From Curvularia clavata (lineage: Eukaryota), in the NCBI GenBank assembly GCA_023920165.1, contig CP089277.1:1860001-1924000 (forward strand): a DNA stretch of 64,000 nucleotides. Reading direction: 5' to 3'. The notes under the pieces were generated by a model. It saw only the letters and a program-made list of their open reading frames with translations. It was not told the DNA's origin and searched no databases. The position numbers and the translations under genes are program-made. Positions 63,459-64,000 of this stretch are shown piece by piece (the first letter of the stretch is position 1; each line of letters begins with the position of its first letter).

Positions 63459-64000
63459 AGTAGATCTGGGAGTAGCTTGAACATTGAACAAGTAGTACAG
63501 CGTCATGATATTAGCGAGAACCTGAATACCACAGTATTCGTATGACTAGAAGCCCACTGGCGAATATTTGTGCAAAGCCGTGGAAATTGCGTGTTTACTG
63601 TTGACCGAGTATATCTAGTCTCCTCGGAGTTGCACTCCCACTCCTCACTGTCTACGCGGACCTCGGCAAAGATGTTTGACCTTACGTCATGCATCCCAAC
63701 CTCTAAACACCACGTTCTTCTCTATTCTTAATGTTTTGAAAACAGGGCGTAGGATTTCTGCAGGTTTACCTCCTACATTGTTTCTACTTTGTCTATTCAA
63801 AATGCCTCTCTGCACACTGCATCTCGTGGCGCTCCACAATACAACACCTAACCCTGTCCCCACATTCCTTTCTTCACTCAAATCGGCCAATATTTCCCCC
63901 CTGGTCGTATCACGTGTCATACGCTGGATCATTCTCCCTTCCAAGCTTTCGACCGAGCATCTGCTGGCGAGGAACATACATTGGGACCTGCTCCTTGTTC

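Overview
Eukaryotic DNA from a filamentous ascomycete (short GT-AG introns with CTRAC-type branch points; Dothideomycete/Pleosporales origin is a guess). About 22 protein-coding loci and one intron-containing tRNA-Gly(GCC) can be supported. Most are housekeeping: ALDH (5' end outside the window), PAF-acetylhydrolase-like esterase, HisRS, CRIB-domain protein, complex I NB2M/NDUFB3, CAF1/POP2, RPF1, GlyRS, LaeA-like methyltransferase, SDRs, PAP2 phosphatase, MMM1, WHIM1-like protein, BAR protein, Zn2Cys6 TF and VPS45. The most notable locus is a cell-death/innate-immunity cassette at 37.5-43.8 kb: a ~1272-aa TPR + disordered linker + S8 subtilisin protease transcribed divergently from a single-pass membrane protein and a HET-Q1/RCD-1-like fungal gasdermin (predicted cleavage at GALF230). 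Next to it is a tRNA-Gly flanked by exact copies of its own 5' and 3' ends. Other points: a divergent intronless HisRS that looks like a second paralogue, a LysM-WSC pseudogene, and an ~8 kb gene-poor interval. All family calls come from motif recognition by eye; no searches were run.
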